Notes under the pieces: generated by a model
What the model saw: only the letters and a program-made list of their open reading frames with translations
What the model was told of the DNA's origin: nothing
The model's database searches: none
Shown here: positions 1 through 8,208 of the stretch, piece after piece
Position numbering within the stretch: position 1 is the first letter of the stretch
Layout: every line of letters starts with the position of its first letter
Position numbers and translations under genes: made by a program
Source: Oligoflexales bacterium
GTDB taxonomy: Bacteria; Bdellovibrionota_B; Oligoflexia; Oligoflexales; Bog-1112
Length of the DNA: 17,341 nt
Assembly (NCBI GenBank): GCA_045105515.1
Contig: JBGCDR010000010.1
Location: 1-17,341, forward strand
Direction: 5' to 3'

Positions 1-34
1 TCACTTGTCTTTCCGGTAACATGAAAATAAACAT
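1..34 (-). CDS. possible 5' end of a gene running off the left edge (MFIFMLPERQV...)
   Basis: Minus-strand ATG at 34 preceded by GGGAGGG (47..41) at 6 nt spacing; open to the window edge. Only 11 codons are visible. Confidence 0.3.
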   Translation of the reverse strand, partial: MFIFMLPERQV

Positions 35-123
35 ATCAAGCCCTCCCAGAATTACGTTTGGGATCAGCTTATCAATATTTACATAATAATCATATAAAAT
101 AATAATATTAGCCGGTTAAAAAA

Positions 124-258
124 TTAGACAACTCTATTGTAAGATAAATCTCTTAGTTTGTGACCTCTTCCGCTGGAATCACTGCTATCATCGTCATCAC
201 TGCAAGCTACAAATCCAATAAAAGCACGCAAAATTGATGTAAACAATACACTTTTCAT
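124..258 (-). CDS. small putative lipoprotein (44 aa), possibly a truncated remnant
   Basis: AAAGGA RBS before the ATG at 258; MKSVLFTSILRAFIGFVA-C lipobox-like signal followed by acidic SDDDDSSDSS. The ORF-track start at 333 lacks an RBS. Confidence 0.5.
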   Translation of the reverse strand: MKSVLFTSILRAFIGFVACSDDDDSSDSSGRGHKLRDLSYNRVV

Positions 259-369
259 TTTGGTTCCTTTAGAAAAATATTTATTCGGTCTAAAGCAAAT
301 ATAATGTAAAGACAATCTTGTCTTTGCATACATGCACTTACTATCTCTAATACTCTTTTGAGTATCGAA

Positions 370-843
370 TCACTGAAATATTTTTTTATCTGAGCATTCA
401 CTACACAAACAATTCAATTCAAGCTGCTCATTGAGAATTTGAAAACCTGAAGCTTCCACGTTCTCTTGAATAGCGCTTGTAGTAAACCATTGTGTCATAA
501 GCTCCTTTACCTTATAGCAGCGAATACAGATTAGAAACCTTGCAAACATATGCTTATGGTCACAGGTAATATGAGAGCATGCTATATATCTGTTGACAGA
601 GCTTATCTTATGGACAAGCTTTACATCAGTCAAAACATCAAGAATACGATAAACAGACATTGCTGGGATTGATCTATGGAACTCCAGTTTGACCTGTTCA
701 GCTAGCTCATATGCCGAGAGAGCTTTTTTTGACCTTAGCATAGTAGTTAAAACTTGCTTTCGCGTTGGAGTAAGCTTCATTCCCTTATTACTAGAAAAAT
801 ATTTTGCCTTTTTCATAATGTTTTCTAGTTTATTTGAATCCAT
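370..843 (-). CDS. zur: Fur-family transcriptional regulator, zinc uptake regulator (Zur) type
   Basis: LTPTRKQVL, SAYEL, PAMSVYRILDVL, VHKISSVNRYIAC, His-rich HITCDHKH and two CxxC motifs (CIRC, CSEC). ATG at 843 with AAGGG upstream preferred over TTG at 900. Confidence 0.88.
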   Translation of the reverse strand: MDSNKLENIMKKAKYFSSNKGMKLTPTRKQVLTTMLRSKKALSAYELAEQVKLEFHRSIPAMSVYRILDVLTDVKLVHKISSVNRYIACSHITCDHKHMFARFLICIRCYKVKELMTQWFTTSAIQENVEASGFQILNEQLELNCLCSECSDKKIFQ

Positions 844-905
844 AGAAAACACCCTTTCACATCCTTCTCTATTGAAACCATAGCTGATTACCAATGTCAA
901 TATTA

Positions 906-922
906 ATGATACAATATATCAT
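906..922. promoter_or_regulatory. Zur-box-like palindrome
   Basis: ATGATACA-A-TATATCAT: 3 mismatches to the proteobacterial Zur core ATGTTATA-N-TATAACAT, with perfect ATGATA/TATCAT arms, about 60 nt upstream of zur. Confidence 0.55.
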
Positions 923-1105
923 ATCATAAACCTTAGCTAGTTAGCCAAGTTAATTCAAAGACTATGCTCCCTCAATATCCAGCACTTTAAACTTACACCT
1001 TAAAAGATAGGTATTTATAAGTACTTAAAAACAATAGCTCCACCTTCTTTAACATATCTGTTTAAATGTGAGGCTATTTGCGTTGTATATTTAGAGGATG
1101 GCTTA

Positions 1106-1612
1106 ATGTTTCAAAAGATTAATATCGCTGTGCTTACCGTTTCAGACTCACGCACCTTTGCCACTGATCGCTCAGGGGACTATCTCAGAGGTGCAATTTC
1201 CGAGTTTGGGCATTGTCTGTATGAAAGAAAAATTGTTCCAGATAATATCTATAAAATCAGAGCAGCTACATCGACTTGGATAGCGGACCCTAAGTGCGAT
1301 GCAATAATAAGTACAGGAGGAACTGGTGTCACTGGAAGGGATGGAACTCCAGAAGCTTTAGTCCCCTTGTTTGATAAAGAGCTGCCTGGTTTTGGTGAAG
1401 TTTTCCGAACTGTTTCATTCGAAGAAATCGGCACCTCCACTATTCAATCTCGGTGTGTAGCTGGTGTTGCAAATGCTACCTATATTTTTGTATTACCTGG
1501 AAGCACGGGCGCATGCAAAACAGGGTGGAATGGAATAATAAAATACCAGTTAGATAGTCAGACGAAGCCTTGCAACTTGATTGAGTTAATGCCACGCCTC
1601 CAGGAGAATTGA
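1106..1612 (+). CDS. moaB: molybdenum cofactor biosynthesis protein B (MoaB/MogA family)
   Basis: IAVLTVSDSR, DRSG, STGGTGVTGRDGTPEA, LPGFGEVFR, IGTSTIQSR, LPGSTGAC, QLDSQTKPCN motifs; AGAGGA RBS. Confidence 0.95.
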   Translation: MFQKINIAVLTVSDSRTFATDRSGDYLRGAISEFGHCLYERKIVPDNIYKIRAATSTWIADPKCDAIISTGGTGVTGRDGTPEALVPLFDKELPGFGEVFRTVSFEEIGTSTIQSRCVAGVANATYIFVLPGSTGACKTGWNGIIKYQLDSQTKPCNLIELMPRLQEN

Positions 1613-1706
1613 ACCATAATTATGAGGATGTAATTTATAGTTTGATGAAAAGATGGAATTGTTCAGTAAAGAGTGAGAATTTCTGGGAATTTTTATGTGG
1701 AACAGT

Positions 1707-2300
1707 TCAGCTTGGCACCGAGTAAGGCTTGACACTAAAAGCCTTCATTTCATAAGCGGCAGCCCCATAGACACTCTCACTTTTTTTAACCTCTAAAACT
1801 CCCTCTATCCAAAGAGGGCCCGTAAGTTCACTGATTGAAACGCCTGTCTCAAGCTCAACTAAAACAACTAGATTAGGTGGAGCCGCAGGAACATGAATGC
1901 ATGCCATTTGATTTGGAACAAGCAGGAACTCTTTAATATTATTAAACCCATCGCTGAGTGGAACTCCAAATCCAGGGATTCGTATCCTCTTATTCACAGC
2001 TTCCTGTAACTCACTAGGAATCTCTGACTTTTGATAATCCATAGTCTGCAAAAGCGCCCAACCAACAGCCATGACAATGTTATTTTGATCAGGCTCAGGA
2101 CTTAGTTTGATTTGAGAACTTTTCTTTTTCAAATTTAACTGATATTGAGGACTGAGAAAGCTGATGGTTGGAAAATATATGCAATCAGAGCTGAAAGCAG
2201 AATTATAAATGTTCCAGCGGCTAGAGCAGAGTTCCATTATTGAAAAACCTAAACCCATGAGAACAGTTGTCGAAACATTTGCATCTCTAAATGACCTCAA
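1707..2300 (-). CDS. DUF3299 domain protein (5' end possibly degraded or frameshifted)
   Basis: VGWALL, RIRIPGFGVPL, EFLLVP, ACIHVPAAPPN, PLWIEGVL, AAYEM match the DUF3299 pattern; the in-frame N-terminus lacks a convincing signal or anchor. Confidence 0.8.
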   Translation of the reverse strand: MRSFRDANVSTTVLMGLGFSIMELCSSRWNIYNSAFSSDCIYFPTISFLSPQYQLNLKKKSSQIKLSPEPDQNNIVMAVGWALLQTMDYQKSEIPSELQEAVNKRIRIPGFGVPLSDGFNNIKEFLLVPNQMACIHVPAAPPNLVVLVELETGVSISELTGPLWIEGVLEVKKSESVYGAAAYEMKAFSVKPYSVPS

Positions 2301-2347
2301 ATTAAACCCCTCATTTGCAATGATCTTTTATCGTTACTAATTCGAGT

Positions 2348-2374
2348 ATATCGGCCAATCGATTTAACCTTTTA
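2348..2374 (-). promoter_or_regulatory. sigma-28 (FliA/SigD-type) promoter for the DUF3299 gene
   Basis: Minus strand TAAA-N15-GCCGATAT, a full consensus match, about 50 nt upstream of the ORF. Confidence 0.7.
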
Positions 2375-2619
2375 TTGTACTGCTGATAGCAAGGTAAAGT
2401 AGGAAACCAAGGTTTTAAATAGGATTGTATAAACTTGTGTATAACTGAGACGGTACGATGCCCGGATTTTATATTGTATAGTTAAGAAAGTTAATGACAA
2501 TTCTGGATGCTCATCTAATTCTTTTTCAATACCAAATATTCCAGCGAAAATTTCAAAAATTTCGGACTAACTGCTCAACCTGAGAAACTAAGAACCTATG
2601 CATTTTAAAGGCCACTCAT

Positions 2620-4656
2620 CTAAAAATCTAGATGAACGTGCAAGAGACACTGTCGTCCCGGAAGCGGATAGCCATCCACATCACTATAAGCGATTAAACC
2701 CTTACGATTTGAGTCATAAGGAGAGGTTAAAGGCATGGTCTTAATATCAGTAAGGTTAATAATGGAAAGCCCAAGACTAAGTTCATACTTTTTTACAAAA
2801 CCGATTTTATAGTCACTGGAAGCATCATAAGTGGTAATATTAGGAACCAAAATCGAGTTTTCCATATCACGATAAGCTTCACTGCGATACCTAGCACGCA
2901 AACGTAGATTCCAAAATTGGTTTAAATACTGGCTTGCAGATAAGATCAAACTGTTGCGACTGAGGCCCGGAATGACACGCCCAGAAAAGTGTCGGCTAAG
3001 TATTTGTGGCTGAAGGTAAGTGTAACTCGCAAGTAGGTTTGTATGTCCCCAATTTATCTCTGCTGCAAGTTCTCCTCCTCTTACCAGGGTATTTTCGATA
3101 TTTTTTGCAATATACGTGTATGCAAGTGCTGGAACAAAGGCAATTTTCTCGCTAGTACAATCTAAGAAGGCACCAATATGAAGGGTTAGCTTTTTGGCAA
3201 ACAATTCATAATCCAAACCAATTTCATGATGAACCATAGTTTCTGGTTTAACAAATAACGAAGGAACAACCCGATTCCCATCGCCAAACTCTTCTATCAT
3301 AGTCGGGGGTCTTTGATAAAATGCCACTTGTATATATGCTAAAAGAGATGGGCCTTGTAAGGAACTTGCTAAGGAATAAGCTTGCATCCTATGACTAACT
3401 TCTAGAGAAGGGGTGCCAATACTTGATTGATAGGTTTCTACCTTACTAGAGAATTGATCAACTTGCATCCTGTCTAAAATTTTTATTTCAATACTAAGAT
3501 TTTTAAGTGGATTTAAAATCGAACTAAACAAACCCTGAATATGCTTTCTTTGACCTGCTAAAATAGTATTTTGATTTTGATTTGTTTCTAGTTGGCTTTC
3601 TCCAAGTTGTAATTTTGAGTCAAAGTGAAGTGCTACACTCTGCCACAATAAGCCAGCATCAAGACGTTTCACTTTCATCCTCCGGCTTTCATTTACCTCA
3701 ATATCCAATAATGGATGTTCAGGATCTGAAGTATGGCCTACTTCATCACGATAGTAGGTGCCAAGCTTAAAACTTGTAGGAATTAGAAAGCTAGAGTGAT
3801 TGCCAAACTCATAAGTATATTTAGCACTTGCAAATCCACCTTTTTTTATTTGCTTAGCAAGGCTTAGAAAGCTGCCATAACCGGGGATACCGCTTTTGGA
3901 TTGAGACATCAAGCCAATGAAATTAAGATAATGCTTACCAATTCTTAAGCTCGTATAAGGCATTAGCTGCAAAGATTTTTGATCATTATTGCTCCTATAT
4001 TGATAAGAACCCGACTCAGTATCATAAGGGTTACCCTGGTCTTGATAGTAATGGTACCTACCATCAGTTTGGTAGCTGCGCCCATAAAGCAGACTGCTGC
4101 CATGCATAGAGCCCAGATTCCAGTGCTGGAAGGTGCGTGCAAAGAAGTTACTTCCATACGGTTCACCAACACTAAAACCAAGTTTGCTTCGACTCCTTCC
4201 GAGCTTCCTAACACTGTACTTTAGGCTACCAATAGGGTTTAGGCTCATCAAATCTGCTGGAGAAACCCCCTGCACCAACGACAGTTCTCCAAACGCAACT
4301 AAGTCTAATTCAGATGCAAGAGGCAAGCCTTCCCAAGGATCATGGATTAAGGCATCTTCCACCCAAACTTCGGTGAGCTTCTGATCTTGTCCACGAATTT
4401 TAGGCAGAGAAAATCCCGAAGGGGAAGAACGCCCAGTTTCTTCTGGTTTTAGAGAAGCATCCTCTTTCAAATGAGTGTCACTGAATAAACGTGAAGACTC
4501 TGATGGCTTTAGTTTAAGCGACTTTCCTGCATGCGGCCTTCGGAAACGTTCCTTTCGTTTACCATAAACCCAAATCTTATTCTCAGGATTTGCAAAAACT
4601 GGGAAAGCGAAGAAAATTGAGAGAAAAGAGCATAAAAATAGATCTAGCACCTTCAT
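2620..4656 (-). CDS. TonB-dependent outer membrane receptor (BtuB-like, substrate possibly cobalamin)
   Basis: Signal peptide; plug motif KIRGQDQKLTEVWVED; QRPPTMIEEFGDG...VKPE; INLTD; C-terminal GYPLPGR plus an alternating beta-strand ending in Phe; 678 aa. Confidence 0.88.
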   Translation of the reverse strand: MKVLDLFLCSFLSIFFAFPVFANPENKIWVYGKRKERFRRPHAGKSLKLKPSESSRLFSDTHLKEDASLKPEETGRSSPSGFSLPKIRGQDQKLTEVWVEDALIHDPWEGLPLASELDLVAFGELSLVQGVSPADLMSLNPIGSLKYSVRKLGRSRSKLGFSVGEPYGSNFFARTFQHWNLGSMHGSSLLYGRSYQTDGRYHYYQDQGNPYDTESGSYQYRSNNDQKSLQLMPYTSLRIGKHYLNFIGLMSQSKSGIPGYGSFLSLAKQIKKGGFASAKYTYEFGNHSSFLIPTSFKLGTYYRDEVGHTSDPEHPLLDIEVNESRRMKVKRLDAGLLWQSVALHFDSKLQLGESQLETNQNQNTILAGQRKHIQGLFSSILNPLKNLSIEIKILDRMQVDQFSSKVETYQSSIGTPSLEVSHRMQAYSLASSLQGPSLLAYIQVAFYQRPPTMIEEFGDGNRVVPSLFVKPETMVHHEIGLDYELFAKKLTLHIGAFLDCTSEKIAFVPALAYTYIAKNIENTLVRGGELAAEINWGHTNLLASYTYLQPQILSRHFSGRVIPGLSRNSLILSASQYLNQFWNLRLRARYRSEAYRDMENSILVPNITTYDASSDYKIGFVKKYELSLGLSIINLTDIKTMPLTSPYDSNRKGLIAYSDVDGYPLPGRQCLLHVHLDF

Positions 4657-5855
4657 TGTGGGACAAGTGCTCCGTGATAGGGAATTCGCTGCATAGGAAT
4701 GATTTCCTTTATACCATGATGGATGATATTTAAACTTGCCTGCCTATCTCCACTGATGTCACCAAAATACAATGTGCGAATATTTTTATCAGCTAATAAA
4801 AGGTATGAACCGCTGCTATCTGGGTGAGCATAATGATGCACTAACTCAATACCAATCTTTTCTTTATTCTCAATATTAACCAGGTACTTTCCTCCTTTTT
4901 TAAAGGACTCATAATCCTTATTAAACACAACATTGGCGAATAGTGAATCTGCATCTGATCCATCACAAAGACTTCCATTCATAGTAAACAGATCTTCATC
5001 CAAATTTCTGCTATTTGTCAGGATTTGTTCAGAAGATGCAAGGGTTACTGCCTTAGGAATATCTAAGTATTCAATAGATTGCCTGCAGCCCTTTGTGCCC
5101 ACATAACACAGCCCAGCAACCATAGGAAAAATTTCATCCGTATGATAAAATCCTGGGTTACTTGCCTTAGGAAGGGCTATTGGTTTTCCTTGGTTAAGAA
5201 CGGTCAAGCCTTGTTCATCTTCACGAACTAGGAAGATCCCTTGCTTACCGTTGGCAACGGTTTTGTAATTTGCTGGATCAACTTCAATGCCTATAGCAGC
5301 AATGAATATATAAGTTATTCCATCAATAGCACGCTTAAACATAGATGCAGGATGAAAAGGAGTACCAGCAAGAAATTTAAGCTTCTGTTCTTCTTTTCCA
5401 GTCTCCGGATTGATCTTGGTAACCTTACCTTTACCAAAATAACTCACTAACCAATGACCATTGTTAAGGCTTAACACATGATTAGGATCACCTTTTTCAA
5501 ATTCACCTCTAGTTTCCTGCTTTAAAAAGTAAGACCCTGGTTTTGCTTTTTCAAAGAGCACATAGTTATGATGTGTGGGGGTTCGGTTGAAGAGTACAAG
5601 ATTCTGATTTAAACTCCAAAGAGCGGAGTCTCCCGATTGACCATAAAGCAATCCAAAAATTAAACCTTGCTGATAGTCATAGTAGAAAAGATCCGAGCTA
5701 GAATAGTATAGATCGACCCCAGTAAAAGCTAAGCCTCGATTTACCTTGCTCTCAAACACAGGAGCAAGAAACTGTTCCTTTGACTTTTTGCTGGGCCTCC
5801 CGCAAGAAGCTAAACATGTTAGGCACAGCAGCAAGCTAAACAATTTATGAGGCAT
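4653..5855 (-). CDS. lipoprotein partner of the TonB receptor, probable beta-propeller (BtuG/YncE-like)
   Basis: Lipobox LAS-C; GGAGG RBS; propeller-like blade DPNHVLSLNNGHWLVSYFGKGKVTKINPETG; stop overlaps the receptor start (ATGA at 4656..4653). Confidence 0.65.
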   Translation of the reverse strand: MPHKLFSLLLCLTCLASCGRPSKKSKEQFLAPVFESKVNRGLAFTGVDLYYSSSDLFYYDYQQGLIFGLLYGQSGDSALWSLNQNLVLFNRTPTHHNYVLFEKAKPGSYFLKQETRGEFEKGDPNHVLSLNNGHWLVSYFGKGKVTKINPETGKEEQKLKFLAGTPFHPASMFKRAIDGITYIFIAAIGIEVDPANYKTVANGKQGIFLVREDEQGLTVLNQGKPIALPKASNPGFYHTDEIFPMVAGLCYVGTKGCRQSIEYLDIPKAVTLASSEQILTNSRNLDEDLFTMNGSLCDGSDADSLFANVVFNKDYESFKKGGKYLVNIENKEKIGIELVHHYAHPDSSGSYLLLADKNIRTLYFGDISGDRQASLNIIHHGIKEIIPMQRIPYHGALVPQ

Positions 5856-5926
5856 AAACCCTCCGAATTAGAGAAAGGGCAATCCTATTAAAAATTACTA
5901 AGAGCCTCAAGAAATAAGATCTAAAC

Positions 5927-5994
5927 GAGCACATCCCCTGGCAGCGGGATCTTTTCCTTCATATAAACATATACTTGCAGTAGCAACTATGCTC
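5927..5994 (-). ncRNA. putative structured cis-regulatory leader (unclassified; partial resemblance to cobalamin riboswitch 3' half)
   Basis: Closing stem GAGCAU/GUGCUC enclosing hairpins UUGC-uacu-GCAA, UAUAU-guuu-AUAUG and AUCCC-gcugccag-GGGAU, about 70 nt upstream of the lipoprotein start. Confidence 0.35.
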
Positions 5995-6041
5995 TTAAGC
6001 ATAGAAATACGCATGGAATATTCTAATGTAAATATTTAGCC

Positions 6042-6069
6042 TAAATTTTTCACGGAAATCTGTCGATAA
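6042..6069 (+). promoter_or_regulatory. sigma-28-type promoter for the M28 peptidase gene
   Basis: TAAA-N16-GTCGATAA, 60 nt upstream of ATG 6130. Confidence 0.55.
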
Positions 6070-6129
6070 GAATTATGTCGGGGCTTTCGTGAAAAGTTCG
6101 AACAGATACAACAATATACCGGTTTTCGA

Positions 6130-7377
6130 ATGTATAAACTACTTGTAATATTTCAAGCCCTTGCAATTCTCGCCTGCCAAGACAAGGGTAGCTCCACCTA
6201 TAAGATTAAGCGTTATGAAAGTGATGAAGCAAGGGTTGGTAAGCAAGAACAAGACACACGTAACGACAGCAACGCCCAATCAAACACTTTAGAAGCTCCA
6301 AGAGATAATGAAGAAAAGAGCGAAGAAAATCCAGGGTCTGCTGAAGATCAGTTAAAAAAACAAGAAAAGGAACAGGAGCAAAATCAAAGTCCCATGAGTG
6401 GGTCCGCTGAGGAAAACAATGGAGCAGAAGTAAACACTTCGGACACCATACCAGCAGCGGATGAACAGCCAACAGTCATTCCCTCGGCAGCACAAATTTT
6501 GGAACAGCCTGGAACTCTTAATTTAATCCAAGTTGACCAAGCATTTATTGAACAAAAATTGCAAGGGTTTACTGGAAACACTCCCGTTTTGATAAATAAT
6601 ATCGAACAAACCCTGGGACCGCGCAATCAAAGGGCTGGAAAAGATCTGGCACTCCAGTTCCTCAAGCAAGAGTATGAAGCTCTTGGGTTTGAAGTTAACC
6701 TCGACGACTATGGCTCTGGAATTAACTTCATAGCCGAGAAAAAAGGAGCCGCAGCTGAATCAAGACTTTTGATTTTAGGGGCTCATTACGACTCGATAGA
6801 ATCAGTAGGGGCTGATGATGATGCTTCAGGAATCATAGGCGCACTAGCAATTGCCAAAGCTTTGAGCAACATGAACTTCAGCTACACCTTAAGGGTATTA
6901 GCATTTGATGAAGAAGAACTTGGATTAATCGGATCTGCAAACTACGCTAATAACATGCTGGCAAATAAAGAAAATGAGCAGGTTATTGGCACTATCATTC
7001 TAGAAATGCTAGGCTACGACGGAAATAACGATAGTGCATTTCATATTGTCGATTGTAAGTTTATTGGCAAAGCTGACCAAGCTGAGGGAAATTCGGGCAA
7101 AATAAGTAAAGTAATATTAGAAGCTGCTAAGCTAGCAGCTTCTCCACTACAGCGAAGTGAAGCCTGCACCGATCGCGGCGATCATACCAGTTTTTGGAAC
7201 CAGAACATACCTGCTATTGTACTCTCACAAGATTTTTTCGGAGGCGATTCCAATCCCTGCTATCATGACTCATGCGATACTGTCGATCTGATTGATTATA
7301 CCTATTTGTCGAACGTTGCGAGTGTTGCGGCTATGACCGTAGCAAGCTTGTTGACCCCAGTTGTTCTTGGCAATTGA
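6130..7377 (+). CDS. M28 family zinc metallopeptidase, lipoprotein with acidic low-complexity linker
   Basis: Lipobox ILA-C; GAHYDS, GADDDASG, FDEEELGLIGS, LEMLGY, RGDHTSF and PCYHDSCDT supply the full metal-ligand set. Confidence 0.92.
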   Translation: MYKLLVIFQALAILACQDKGSSTYKIKRYESDEARVGKQEQDTRNDSNAQSNTLEAPRDNEEKSEENPGSAEDQLKKQEKEQEQNQSPMSGSAEENNGAEVNTSDTIPAADEQPTVIPSAAQILEQPGTLNLIQVDQAFIEQKLQGFTGNTPVLINNIEQTLGPRNQRAGKDLALQFLKQEYEALGFEVNLDDYGSGINFIAEKKGAAAESRLLILGAHYDSIESVGADDDASGIIGALAIAKALSNMNFSYTLRVLAFDEEELGLIGSANYANNMLANKENEQVIGTIILEMLGYDGNNDSAFHIVDCKFIGKADQAEGNSGKISKVILEAAKLAASPLQRSEACTDRGDHTSFWNQNIPAIVLSQDFFGGDSNPCYHDSCDTVDLIDYTYLSNVASVAAMTVASLLTPVVLGN

Positions 7378-7395
7378 TAGCTTCGCCTCAATTGC
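7370..7395. terminator. hairpin between convergent genes
   Basis: GCAATTGA-N10-TCAATTGC overlapping the M28 stop; no U-tract, so weak as an intrinsic terminator. Confidence 0.3.
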
Positions 7396-7404
7396 TAGAT
7401 GAGA

Positions 7405-7797
7405 TTACTTTGGTCCTACCCTTTTTCCCACAACCCTTGGCTTGATATTTTTGTTTAGAAATTTTAGTAGATCAACAAATGATAGGGGCTTTTCAAAAAC
7501 CTTTGTTACACCAGGCTCTTGACGGAGAATACCTTGTTTAGTTTCAAGGCTCCCGGTGACAAAAATAAATTGTCCTTCGTGGAATTTATTCTTTCTAATA
7601 TGATTATAGAACTCTATCCCATTCATCTGCGGCATATGATAATCAGAGATAACCATATCCACCTTCTCGGTTTTTAGACGTTCAATTGCCAAAACAGGGC
7701 ATGAAAGACAAATAACCTCATATCCATCCCTTGAAAATATAGTATCGTAAAGAAATAAAGATTCTGGTTCATCATCTAGGACGAGAATTTTAGCCAT
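7405..7797 (-). CDS. single-domain response regulator (CheY-like receiver)
   Basis: ILVLDDE, VISDYHMPQMNG (phospho-Asp), FVTG, FEKP motifs; GAGG RBS. Confidence 0.93.
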   Translation of the reverse strand: MAKILVLDDEPESLFLYDTIFSRDGYEVICLSCPVLAIERLKTEKVDMVISDYHMPQMNGIEFYNHIRKNKFHEGQFIFVTGSLETKQGILRQEPGVTKVFEKPLSFVDLLKFLNKNIKPRVVGKRVGPK

Positions 7798-7836
7798 CTA
7801 TAGCCTCAAATAAAAATTTTATTCTATCCACAGTAC

Positions 7837-7863
7837 ATATCGGTAATTTATAATTTTGATTTA
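7837..7863 (-). promoter_or_regulatory. sigma-28-type promoter for the response regulator
   Basis: Minus strand TAAA-N15-ACCGATAT, 40 nt upstream of ATG 7797. Confidence 0.62.
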
Positions 7864-8208
7864 AAAAAAATTACAACGAAAAACTCAAGCAAAAGATCAT
7901 AAGTTCAACCAATTAATATTTATGGTTAATTTTTCATCTATTCCAACGAGTCATTATTTGTGAAGAAAAAGGGGGAAACAAAAGTGATTGTAGACCTCTT
8001 CAATTTGTACTTTATTGCATTATTTAATGCTCAAAGCTATGTGATCACAGAACCCATCAATTATTCTCCTCCATTTTAAGAGTGAATAATCACAACAAGA
8101 ATTTATCAATTAAGTCACAAACATTCACTCAGGTTCAATTCCATTTGACTTTGCAATGAAATATCGTTTTAGTACTGTCTGTAGACTTATAAAACTAAGG
8201 GACAAATT

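Noticed and set aside
362..388. TAAA-N15-TTCGATAC at the end of zur (minus strand)
   Set aside because: Three mismatches in the -10 element; too weak in AT-rich DNA.
2372..2566. about 65 open codons on the minus strand in the DUF3299-TonB spacer
   Set aside because: No ATG or RBS after the upstream stop and no recognisable similarity.
5860..6060. canonical cobalamin riboswitch call
   Set aside because: The conserved 5' half (GGGAA, GGUG-AAUCC) is not present; kept only as an unclassified leader.
7950..8125. several GTGA/TCAC half-sites suggesting CRP/FNR-family boxes
   Set aside because: None has the TGTGA-N6-TCACA spacing (the best pair has a 4-nt spacer).
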